DNA from: an uncultured Alphaproteobacteria bacterium
Lineage (GTDB): Bacteria > Pseudomonadota > Alphaproteobacteria > Caulobacterales > Hyphomonadaceae
Assembly (NCBI GenBank): GCA_963718145.1
Contig: CAVQYJ010000008.1
Coordinates: 87,066 to 151,065 of the forward strand
DNA: 64,000 bases
Reading direction: 5' to 3'
A program made the position numbers and the translations under genes. Below the pieces are notes generated by a model. That model was given only the letters and a program-made list of their open reading frames with translations, was not told where the DNA came from and did not search any database. Positions 45,943-54,283 of this stretch are shown in pieces (within the stretch, counting starts at the first letter, position 1; every line of letters starts with the position of its first letter).

Positions 45943-46887
45943 ATGACCGACACCCTTGTCCCCGCCAAGGCCGCCTCAACGGAAGTCGCCGCCCCCGAAC
46001 CCCGCAAGCTTGATGACGTGCTGCTCGCGATGGATGTCGTCGACACGCTGCGCCACCGCACGCGCGTCGTCGATATGGAGCTGAATGCGGAGGCGCGGGA
46101 GGAACAGCTCATCGCGCGGCTGAAGGAAATCTACGGCGCCCAGGGCATCGAAGTGCCCGAGAAGATCCTGAAGGACGGCGTCAAGGCGCTGGAGGAACAG
46201 CGATTCACCTACAAGCCGCCCGAGAACACGCTTTCGGTGAAGCTGGCCAAGCTCTACATCACCCGCGGCAAATGGGCGCCGGTTGCGGGCCTGCTGGCGA
46301 TCATCCTCATCGTCGGCTCCAGCGTGGGCTGGTTCGCCCAGCGAGCCGGCGCCGCCGAGCTGCGCGGCCTGCCGGCGCAGATAACTCGGCTCTCCACCGA
46401 GGGGCAGGCGCTGGCGGTCGATCCTGCGGTTGACGCCCGGATCGCGGCGATGGAGCGGACCGGACTGCGCGCGGTTGAGCAGAAGGACACGGGCGAGGCC
46501 AAGGATCAGGTCGCGTCCCTCCGGGATATCAACGACCAGCTGGCTTCGGAATACGATGTGCGCATCCGCTCGGGGGCCAACGAGGACACCGGCTTCTACC
46601 GCACGCCGTCGTCGAATCCGGCCGGCAGGAACTACTATCTGGTCGTCGAGGCGGTGGCGCCCGGCGGCGGGACGGTCAACGTGCCCGTGAAGGACGAGGA
46701 GACGCAGAAAGTCGAGCGCGTTTCCCGATGGGCCCAGCGCGTCAGCGTCGAGACGTTCGACAAGGCGAAGAACGAAAAGCTGGGCACGGGCATCATCTCC
46801 AACGACATTCTCGGCCACAAGTCGCGCGGCGACCTCGATCCGAAATACGACGTGCCGACGCCGGGCGGGGCGATCACCAAATGGTAG
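45943..46887 (+). CDS. single-pass membrane protein of unknown function
   Basis: 314 aa: a cytoplasmic helical N-domain, TM 'WAPVAGLLAIILIVGSSVGWFA', and a C-terminal extracytoplasmic domain. Its stop overlaps the next start by 7 nt. Confidence 0.65.
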   Translation: MTDTLVPAKAASTEVAAPEPRKLDDVLLAMDVVDTLRHRTRVVDMELNAEAREEQLIARLKEIYGAQGIEVPEKILKDGVKALEEQRFTYKPPENTLSVKLAKLYITRGKWAPVAGLLAIILIVGSSVGWFAQRAGAAELRGLPAQITRLSTEGQALAVDPAVDARIAAMERTGLRAVEQKDTGEAKDQVASLRDINDQLASEYDVRIRSGANEDTGFYRTPSSNPAGRNYYLVVEAVAPGGGTVNVPVKDEETQKVERVSRWAQRVSVETFDKAKNEKLGTGIISNDILGHKSRGDLDPKYDVPTPGGAITKW

Positions 46888-48449
46888 ATGACGTCATCAC
46901 CGGGCGCGATGCGCTGCACAGGCTGGACTCGCTGACGGCCGGCGCGCGCGAGGAGTTCGATTTGGCCGCCCGCGGCGCCGAAGGCCATTCGCGCCGGCGC
47001 GCCGATCTCGCGCGGTTGAAATCGGAAGGCTATCGCGAACTCGCCCACATGCGGCTCGATGTCATCAAGGCCGGCGCCCAGGACAGGCTCAGCGAAGCGG
47101 AGCAGAAAGCGAAGCGTCTTCTGGCCGACCACGAGGTCTTTGTTTCGACCATCGGCGGCAAGGTCGAGAAGGCCGCCGCAGTGCTTGCCGAGGTCGAGGC
47201 GCGCCGCCGTGCGGCCGAAGGCGAGGCGGATGTCGCGCTGGCCGCCTATGAGAAGCTGACCGCCGAAACCGAAAGGGAAGTCGAGAGCGATCCGGCTTAT
47301 GTCGCACTGCGCCAGGGGCTCGAGAGCGCCAATGCCGTGGTCGGACGCGCAACCCAGAAGCTGGAACTGGCGAAGACGGATCGCCAGGCCAAGAGCCAGC
47401 CCTACGAGACCGATCCGCTGTTCTCCTATCTGTGGAAGCGCAAATTCCGCACGACGGAATATCGCGGCGGCGGGCTGACGCGCGCGCTCGACAACTGGGT
47501 AGCCAAGCTCTGCCGCTATGACGAGGCGTATCTCAACTATGCGCGGCTGACCGAACTGCCGGACCGCATCGGCGAGCATCTCGCAAGCATGAAGCTGGAA
47601 GCCGCCGAATCCGAAGCTGCGATCGAGCGGTTCGAGGCGGCGAAACTTGAAGAAAAAGGCGCCGGCAAGCTTTCGGCGGCAGTGGCTGCGGCGAAAGCGA
47701 AGCTGAAGGCGCTGGACGATGAACTTGCGGCGGCGGAAGCGACGCATTCCGGACTGCGCGTACAGCAGGAAAAGGCCGCCAGCGGCGATGCCGGCCCGCA
47801 GGAGCAGGCGCGGCTCGTGCTCGAGGAAGGGCTGGCGAAGGCGAGCTTCCCCGACCTGAAGGTTCTGGCGGCGGAGACGACGACATCGGACGACGACCGG
47901 TTGGTCGATGCGCTGATCAAGCTGCGCACCGAGGAACTGCAGATGGAAGTGAACTGGCGCAATGTCGAGGCGCTGCCGGCGCGGCGCCGGGCAGGCGCGG
48001 ACACGCTGGAGCAGGTTCGTCGGCGGTTCAAGCAGGCAGGCCTGGACGGTCCCTATGTGACCGTGCTGCGCGGGGCGTTCGAGGCGGCGCTGCAGGCCTA
48101 TGGCTCGGGCCACTCGCCGGATGGCGAAAAGCTGTGGCGGGCGATCCTCGCCACCATCCGCCAGGCTCCGCGCGACGACGACGACTATTTCGGAGGCCGC
48201 CGGCGCGGGCGGAATGTGGGCATGGGTGGAGTTATTGCCGGCGTCATCCTCGACGAAGTGGTGCGCGAGCTGGGGCGCGGCGGGCGCGGCCGCTGGCGCG
48301 GTGGCGGCGGTGGTGGCTGGGGCGGCGGCTTCGGTGGCGGTTTCGGCGGTGGCGGCGGCGGCGGGAGCAGTGGCGGCTTCGGCGGGGGAGGTTTCAAGAC
48401 CGGCGGCGGCTTCGGCGGCGGCGGCTTCAAGACCGGCGGAAAGTTCTAG
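46881..48449 (+). CDS. long coiled-coil protein with hydrophobic segment and poly-Gly/Phe C-terminal tail
   Basis: 522 aa from 'MVDDVITGRD'; the ORF is open from 46728. The tail is 'GMGGVIAGVILDEV...GGGGGGWGGGFGGGFGGGGGGGSSGGFGGGGFKTGGGFGGGGFKTGGKF'. Confidence 0.65.
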   Translation: MVDDVITGRDALHRLDSLTAGAREEFDLAARGAEGHSRRRADLARLKSEGYRELAHMRLDVIKAGAQDRLSEAEQKAKRLLADHEVFVSTIGGKVEKAAAVLAEVEARRRAAEGEADVALAAYEKLTAETEREVESDPAYVALRQGLESANAVVGRATQKLELAKTDRQAKSQPYETDPLFSYLWKRKFRTTEYRGGGLTRALDNWVAKLCRYDEAYLNYARLTELPDRIGEHLASMKLEAAESEAAIERFEAAKLEEKGAGKLSAAVAAAKAKLKALDDELAAAEATHSGLRVQQEKAASGDAGPQEQARLVLEEGLAKASFPDLKVLAAETTTSDDDRLVDALIKLRTEELQMEVNWRNVEALPARRRAGADTLEQVRRRFKQAGLDGPYVTVLRGAFEAALQAYGSGHSPDGEKLWRAILATIRQAPRDDDDYFGGRRRGRNVGMGGVIAGVILDEVVRELGRGGRGRWRGGGGGGWGGGFGGGFGGGGGGGSSGGFGGGGFKTGGGFGGGGFKTGGKF

Positions 48450-48458
48450 CGCCAAGTG

Positions 48459-48968
48459 TCAGGCGAGCCCCTTGGCTTTAAGTTGTTCCAGCAGCTTACC
48501 TTTCCATTCGTGGTCCTCACCGTAGGCGTCGAACATCACTCCGCCTAGGTCGGATGGCATGTCGAATTTCGGCCACGGCGCCTCTGCAGGCTTTTGCAGT
48601 ATGAAGACACTGTCCCATCCGAGCCGCCCGGAGAAGAAGCCGAGCTCTAGAATGACATTTTGCCGCGCGCGATACTGAAGGGCCTTTTCGCCACCCTTCG
48701 GATGTTCGAATTCCCTTCGGCTGGCGGCAACGTCGTCCGAAGTCATCAGGACGATAGCAAATTTGGCCTGGCCACCGATTGCTTCAAACTTCTCGAAAAG
48801 TGTGCGCTCCTTCGTGTTGGTCTTCTTTAGGATGACGGGCTCGACCTTGTTGCTGCGCAGGAATCCCGCGACGTCGGCCATCATCTCTTCGTCGTGGCCA
48901 TGTACGAGGAAGACGGAATGGGCAGAGTTGGCGCTTAGTTCCGGATTGTCCTTGGCTTGCCTGATCAA
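48459..48968 (-). CDS. TIR-like nucleotide-binding domain protein (COG4271 / CAP12-PycTIR effector-type)
   Basis: 'SVFLVHGHDEEM...FAIVLMTSDDV...RARQNVILELGFFSGRLGWDSVFIL...MPSDLGGVMF' matches the family pattern as I remember it. The only start is a TTG (48968), and the frame is open upstream to 49073. It may be the C-terminal domain of a frameshifted fusion with the next ORF. Confidence 0.7.
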   Translation of the reverse strand: MIRQAKDNPELSANSAHSVFLVHGHDEEMMADVAGFLRSNKVEPVILKKTNTKERTLFEKFEAIGGQAKFAIVLMTSDDVAASRREFEHPKGGEKALQYRARQNVILELGFFSGRLGWDSVFILQKPAEAPWPKFDMPSDLGGVMFDAYGEDHEWKGKLLEQLKAKGLA

Positions 48969-49404
48969 CTCTGCAATCGACTGGACCGACTGCGAGTTCG
49001 ATCGAAACCTCGCGTGCGTGTGGCAGCGGGGAAACCTGATCCGTGATCCGGCGCGCGATCTCCGCGGGCTCGCTTAGGTCCGAAACGTCGAGCCACTGGA
49101 GATCGGCGGCAAATGGAATCTCGCGCGGGTCGACATCGTCCAGGCCGACGGGAATTACTCGCTTGCCCGCCGCTCTAGCAATCTCAATTTCCTGACGCTG
49201 CTGCTGGGCCGTTGTTGAGTTGCGTGACAGGAAGGCGATGATGACGTTGGCTTCCGACATCTTGTGGGAGAGCTGCCGCTCATATGCGTCGCCCGCACGG
49301 ACCATCTGGTCCCACCAGACCTTGTGTCCGTTTGCAACAAGCGACTCGGCAATTCCGGCAACGCGATCACGGTCCGTCCGCCGATATGAAAGGTACAGTA
49401 GCAT
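48784..49404 (-). CDS. TIR domain protein (TIR_2-type); the tail after ~49000 is probably out-of-frame read-through
   Basis: 'MLLYLSYRRTDRDRVAGIAESLVANGHKVWWDQMVRAGDAYERQL...ANVIIAFLSRNS...QQRQEIEIARAAGKRVIPVGLDD'. The last ~70 aa are Arg/Pro/Gln-rich and overlap the TIR-like ORF by 185 nt. Confidence 0.7.
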   Translation of the reverse strand: MLLYLSYRRTDRDRVAGIAESLVANGHKVWWDQMVRAGDAYERQLSHKMSEANVIIAFLSRNSTTAQQQRQEIEIARAAGKRVIPVGLDDVDPREIPFAADLQWLDVSDLSEPAEIARRITDQVSPLPHAREVSIELAVGPVDCRVDQASQGQSGTKRQLCPFRLPRTWPRRRDDGRRRGIPAQQQGRARHPKEDQHEGAHTFREV

Positions 49405-49450
49405 ACCGCTTAGGCTATACTACTCGTCATTGCCGGGACAGGTGGAACCC

Positions 49451-50557
49451 ATGGGCGCGCGCGTAATCGTGGAGCGGCTGGACTGGACGGACATCAGGCT
49501 CGATGCGATCGACCTGCCCAAGGCGAAGCTGCAGCTGACGCTGGGGCTGGGGTCGGGGCTGTCGGCGCGCGGAGGCCGGGTGTTCGCGGTGACGGACCGG
49601 GGACCGAACCTGTTCGTGTCGCAGGCGGTGGACGATTACGGCCTCGTAAGCCTTGAGCGGCTGCGCGGCGGCGATGCGAAGGTGATGCCTGCTCCGCAGA
49701 TGGGTGCGGAGATCGTCGAGGTGGCGGTGGTGGGGGGCGTGGTGCGCGTGGTGCAGCGGATGGTGCTGCGGACGGTGTCGGGCGCGCGGCTGAAGGGCGT
49801 GGCGCTGCCGGGCGGCGAGATGGAGGCCGTGTACGACCTGCATGGCGCGCCGCTGGCGGGGGATGTGTTGGGTGCGGATACGGAGGCGATCGCCGTGATG
49901 CCCGACGGTGGGTTCATGGTGGCGGAGGAGTATGGGCCGTCGGTGCTGAAGGTGGATGCGAACGGCGTGGTGACCGAGCGCTGGGTGGTCGAGGGGCAGG
50001 AGCAGGCGATGGCGCACCCCGATCTGCAAGTGAGCGGCGTGCTCCCAAACCGCGCCGGCAAGCGGCGGCGCAATCGCGGGTTCGAAGGGCTGTGCGCGTC
50101 GGAGGATGGCCGCCACCTCTATGTGGGGTTCCAGAGCGCGCTGAGGGGTGAGGATGAGCGCTCGGCTCCGATCTGGAAGCTGGACGCGCGAAGCGGCGAG
50201 TTCGAAGGCGAATACCTCTACCCGTTCGATGCGCCATCGAGCTTCCTTCGTGACGCCAGGCGCCGGAAGGTCAACGAAGGCGATCTCAAGATCTGCGAAC
50301 TGGCATGGGCGGGCAAGGACCGGCTGGTCGTCCTCGAGCGCATCTCGCACTCGGCAAAAATCTACCTGGCGCCGCTGAAAGACCTTCCGGCCAAGCGCCT
50401 GCTGTTCTCAAGCGACGACCATCCGCAGATCGGCCCGGACATCGAGGGAATGGCGCTGATCTCGCCCGGAGAACTCCTGATCTGCTCCGATAACGATTTT
50501 GGCGTCGAGGGCGCGAAGACGGAATTCTGGCGGATCACGCTTGGGGAAACCCTCTAG
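49451..50557 (+). CDS. esterase-like-activity-of-phytase family protein
   Basis: 'NRGFEGLCASEDGRHLYVGFQSAL' and 'DIEGMALISPGELLICSDNDFG' are typical of the family. Start at 'MGARVIVERL' within ORF 49220..50557. Confidence 0.65.
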   Translation: MGARVIVERLDWTDIRLDAIDLPKAKLQLTLGLGSGLSARGGRVFAVTDRGPNLFVSQAVDDYGLVSLERLRGGDAKVMPAPQMGAEIVEVAVVGGVVRVVQRMVLRTVSGARLKGVALPGGEMEAVYDLHGAPLAGDVLGADTEAIAVMPDGGFMVAEEYGPSVLKVDANGVVTERWVVEGQEQAMAHPDLQVSGVLPNRAGKRRRNRGFEGLCASEDGRHLYVGFQSALRGEDERSAPIWKLDARSGEFEGEYLYPFDAPSSFLRDARRRKVNEGDLKICELAWAGKDRLVVLERISHSAKIYLAPLKDLPAKRLLFSSDDHPQIGPDIEGMALISPGELLICSDNDFGVEGAKTEFWRITLGETL

Positions 50558-52176
50558 ACGGTAAGCCGCCGCGCGCCGTGTTCGACGGCAAGGACCTTGC
50601 GGCCGGTCGCTGTCGAGGTGCGGGCACCGGCGGCGGGCACGAAGACATACTCCGTCTCGATGCGGTTGCGCGTGATGTCGAGCGTGAAATAGCCGCGCTG
50701 GCTCGCATCCATCCATTTGAGGTCGGGATTGGTCGCAGCGAAGTCTGCGGCGATGCGCGCGGCGTCGCCGTTGAAGCGGCGTTCGTAGCCGAAGGAAGAG
50801 ACGCTCTGGCCAGCGAATTCGACGCCGATCCGGTCGCGGCCGTTGGTGAGATCGAAGGCCCAGGCGTTGTGGCTGTCGCCGGTCAGCGTCACGAGATCGG
50901 CGCCGGCCGCACGTGCGCTGTCGTAGAGGCGCTGGCGCGCTGCGGGATAGCCGTCCCACTTGTCGAGCGAGTAGGGCACGCCCGCTGCGGTGGCCGCGGT
51001 GCGCTTGACGATGTCGGCCTGCAGCTCCGGCGTGATCGCGCCGTTGACCCATTGCGGGCTGGGCGTGGGCGAGAGCGCATGCCCCATGATGACCTGCTGG
51101 GCGAGAATCTGCCAGCGCGCGCCCGAGGCGACCGAGGATTTCAGGCCGGCCGCGAGCCAGCGCTCCTGGTCTGGCCCCATCATGGAGCGCGCGGTGCTGC
51201 CGAGAGGTCCGGCGCTGAACTGGGACAGTTTCGCCGGCAAGTCGCCACCGGAGGCGAGAAGCGCGGAGAGGTCGTCGTCGAGCTGCTTGCTGCGGCCGAG
51301 CAGACGCGTCTCCAGCCGGAAGAGGGTTGCAAGCTCGCCGATCTGGTAGCTGGCATACCAGTCCGGCCGCATCGGCAGCCATTCGCTCCAGGCGCGCAGG
51401 CCGGCGCTCTTGCGCGCGGTCCACTCGCCTTCCGTGGCGGGGTCGTGCGCATCGGCGCCGTCGCGCCAGGAATTGTTGGCGGTTTCGTGATCGTCCCATA
51501 TTGCGATCATCGGCAGACGGAGATGAAGCGCCGCAAGATCCGGGTCGTTGCGATAGCTGGCGTAGCGGGCGCGGTAGTCGTCGAGCGCGCGGAGTTCGCC
51601 AGGCGGCAGGATGCCGCGTTGCTGCGCCATGCCTGGGACTGCGTCGGAGCGGGTGACGGGGGATTCGTAGATGTAGTCGCCTAGATGCAGGGCGAGATCG
51701 AGGTCGTCGCGCGCCGCGGCATGCGCGTAGGCGTTGAACCAGCCCGACGTGCCGTTGGCGCAGGAAAAGACGGCGATGCGAAAGCGTTCCACGCCCTTTG
51801 AAGGCAGCGTGCGGGTACGGCCGGTGGGCGAGGGTGCGCCATTCGCATCGACAAAGCGGTAGTGATACCAGCGTCCGGATGTGAGGCCATCGACGCGCGC
51901 ATGGGCGGTGAAGTCCGTAGCCGGTGAAGTTTCGGCGCTGCCGGTGCGGACGATACGCTGGAATGACGGATCGTCGGCGATCTGGACGCGAAGCCGGGCG
52001 GGTCCTGCGGAGACATAGCGCGTCCACAGCGTAACGCCTGTCTGGCTGGGATCGCCCGAGGCGACGCCGTGCGTGAAGTTTCCGCCGCCCTGCGCTGTGG
52101 TTGTCGCGCATCCCGGCATGGCCAGCGCGGCGACACCAGCGGCAAGAAGACCGCGACGATCGAGGATCAGGGTCAT
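50554..52176 (-). CDS. phoD: alkaline phosphatase D with Tat-type signal
   Basis: 'MTLILDRRGLLAAGVAALAMPGC', 'FTHGVASGDPSQTGVTLWTR', 'LHLGDYIYE', 'WDDHE' and 'LTGDSHNAWAFDL'. Confidence 0.88.
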   Translation of the reverse strand: MTLILDRRGLLAAGVAALAMPGCATTTAQGGGNFTHGVASGDPSQTGVTLWTRYVSAGPARLRVQIADDPSFQRIVRTGSAETSPATDFTAHARVDGLTSGRWYHYRFVDANGAPSPTGRTRTLPSKGVERFRIAVFSCANGTSGWFNAYAHAAARDDLDLALHLGDYIYESPVTRSDAVPGMAQQRGILPPGELRALDDYRARYASYRNDPDLAALHLRLPMIAIWDDHETANNSWRDGADAHDPATEGEWTARKSAGLRAWSEWLPMRPDWYASYQIGELATLFRLETRLLGRSKQLDDDLSALLASGGDLPAKLSQFSAGPLGSTARSMMGPDQERWLAAGLKSSVASGARWQILAQQVIMGHALSPTPSPQWVNGAITPELQADIVKRTAATAAGVPYSLDKWDGYPAARQRLYDSARAAGADLVTLTGDSHNAWAFDLTNGRDRIGVEFAGQSVSSFGYERRFNGDAARIAADFAATNPDLKWMDASQRGYFTLDITRNRIETEYVFVPAAGARTSTATGRKVLAVEHGARRLTV

Positions 52177-52309
52177 GGGCAGCCTCCGCAAGCACCAGCG
52201 GATCCCAGGATGCATGGAGGACGCCCGGGAGTCACCTGTCGTGACGCGGCCGGACAAAGGTATCCTTGGTCCAAGGCAGGATTCACGTTCGCCGTGCCGC
52301 TCGCGACCT

Positions 52310-52822
52310 TCAGGCCGGCGGGCGCAGGAAGTCGCCCTTGCCGAGCGTGACGCCGTTGTGGCGGAGAATGTCGTAGGCCGTCGCCGCGTGGAAATAGAAG
52401 TTCGGCAGGACGAAGGAGAGCAGGTACTGTGAACACGTCATTGGCATTTCCTTGCCGCCGCCGATCGGGATGTTGACGACCGTGTCGGTGCGCGCGTCCA
52501 TCGCCGCGGCGTTGGCGGCCTGGACATAGGCGTTGGCCTTCTGCGTGCGTTCGATCAACTGTGCGAAGGTGGTCTCGACATCAGCGAAGGCGGGCAGGTC
52601 GACGCCAGAGAGGCGGGCGGCGCCGCGCGCGAGGTTGTCGCACGTGATCTGCACCTGGCGGGTGAGCGGGAACATGTCGGGGTAAAGCCGGAATGTGAGG
52701 AAGACTTCTTCCGGAAGCTTGGCGGCGGCGGCATGGTCCGCGCCCTTCCTGAGAACGCCGGCGAGGGCGCCCAGTGTCTGCGCGCCGGCGCCTTTGATGA
52801 TCTGGGACATCGGAATGGTCAT
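52310..52822 (-). CDS. DUF1993-family protein
   Basis: 170 aa; '...LYPDMFPLTRQVQITCD...' and 'LPNFYFHAATAYDILRHNGVTLGKGDFL' match the remembered pattern. Confidence 0.6.
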   Translation of the reverse strand: MTIPMSQIIKGAGAQTLGALAGVLRKGADHAAAAKLPEEVFLTFRLYPDMFPLTRQVQITCDNLARGAARLSGVDLPAFADVETTFAQLIERTQKANAYVQAANAAAMDARTDTVVNIPIGGGKEMPMTCSQYLLSFVLPNFYFHAATAYDILRHNGVTLGKGDFLRPPA

Positions 52823-53048
52823 GGGCGGTTCCTTTTGCATGCGTTGCAGGCGCAAGATGCTGGCGGGGTCATAGCGCGAGGCGAGCAAGGCCCACAAAGG
52901 GAATCTTTCCGGGCGGCCCGTCTTGCGCGTCGCAATCGTCGGATCAGGCGGCTGGACGGCGGCGAGAACGACGGCTGACACGCCAGCTTCCCCCGCTGGC
53001 GTTGACTTGCCCGGTCCTGGGCGCTGCGGCCCGGCATGTCGGACGCGC

Positions 53049-53997
53049 CTATGTCTTCGGGCGAGATGGCACGTTGATGTTGCAGAGGCCGATGCGGCCT
53101 GCGGGCACGTGGTAGAAATCGTCCTTCCGCCAGCGCCGTGAGTTCACCAGCGTGGCGAAGCTTGCGCTGTCGGTGCGCAGGACTTCTAGTTCGGTGCGCT
53201 TGTCCGCGGGCACATCGGCGGCAAGCTTGATGTCGGCGAAGCGGTGGTATTCCGCCGGGGTCTTGTAGAAGCCCAGCGCTTCCGTGCCGCGCGGCAGGGC
53301 GGAGAGCAGCTCCATCCCCTGGATCACGCGGCCTACGACGGTGAGGTTGCGGTCGAGCCCGCGGGGAGGCACGCCATTGATGGCGTAGAGTTCCGTGCCG
53401 CCCCCAGTATCGTCGCCATTTTCGCGCCCGGCGCCGACCATGCCGTAGCAGTGGACGAGCCACATCGAGGCATTGTCGCGGGCGGCGGGGAAGCCGTTGG
53501 AGAAGCCGACCTCGGGCGCGTAGGTGTCCGGGTCCGGCAGGACATCGAAGGCGACCGTGGTATCACGCGCCCGGGTGAATTCCGCTTTCAGCGTTTTCTG
53601 GCCGGTCCTGGGCGCACGTTCGGGATCGGCGGCCTGGGCCCATTGCGTGACGTAGTTGTCCTGGACGCGCGTGATGGCGCCGTCGGCGAAATAGCCCTCG
53701 CGGGCGAGGGCCTTCACGTTGGCGACATGGTTGGGCGCGAAATCGGGCGCAAGTTCGATGATCACGCGCTGGGGTTTTCCGTCCCTCTCGGGGAAATCCA
53801 TGTAGAGCGTGTTCTCGGGATCAAGCAGCGCGCCACTCTTCCGGCTTCGAGGCGGCGAGGATATCCGGGATGGCGGCAGACTTGCCCTCGGGCTCTGCAG
53901 GGATGCTTGAGGCCGGCATTGCGGGTGCTTGCGCAGGCGCCGGCGCCGGTTGGCATGCGGCGGCAAGAAGGAGAGCGGCGAAGCAGGCCTTACGCAT
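53049..53997 (-). pseudogene. cyclophilin-type peptidyl-prolyl isomerase, lipoprotein; 1-nt frame break near 53824-53835
   Basis: 'MRKACFAALLLAAACQ...ASKPEEWRA' (ORF 53821..54030) continues as 'LLDPENTLYMDFPERDGKPQRVIIELAPDFAPNHVANVKALAREGYF...GGGTELYAING...VVGRVIQGMELL' (ORF 53049..54071). The span is 949 nt = 3n+1. Confidence 0.75.
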
Positions 53998-54283
53998 GGA
54001 ATGTCCCGAATGAAATCTGTCTGGAGGCAATTATTCCGGCGTGACTGCGGCCTAAATGCCCGGGCCGGCACGCAGGAAGCGCCGCCAACCCTCTCCGCAT
54101 CGATCCCTCCGTCCGCCGAACGCTATCACACTGCGCGTATTTCAAGCTTTGCTCAATCGCCTCGGAGGGAAGAGTTTTGTGTCAGCCATTCTGAGGAGAC
54201 GTCGCGGCTGAAACAGAAACGCCGCCCGGTTAGGGACGGCGTCTTGCCGACGGGCGCGTAACGTGGACCGGGGAGGACTTCGG

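Noticed and set aside
48286-48446. GGC-rich repetitive DNA with a duplicated TTCAAGACCGGCGG
   Set aside because: It is in-frame coding sequence for the poly-Gly/Phe tail (the FKTGG repeat) of the 46881..48449 product, not a non-coding repeat array.
46635-48455. 606-aa minus-strand ORF and the poly-Pro ORF 48185..48430 opposite the coiled-coil/Gly-tail gene
   Set aside because: Both are antisense images. The poly-Pro run is simply the complement of the GGC-rich poly-Gly coding tail.
50408-52195. 595-aa minus-strand ORF in a second frame over phoD
   Set aside because: It is an out-of-frame, Arg-rich translation. The 50554..52176 frame carries the PhoD motifs and a Tat signal.
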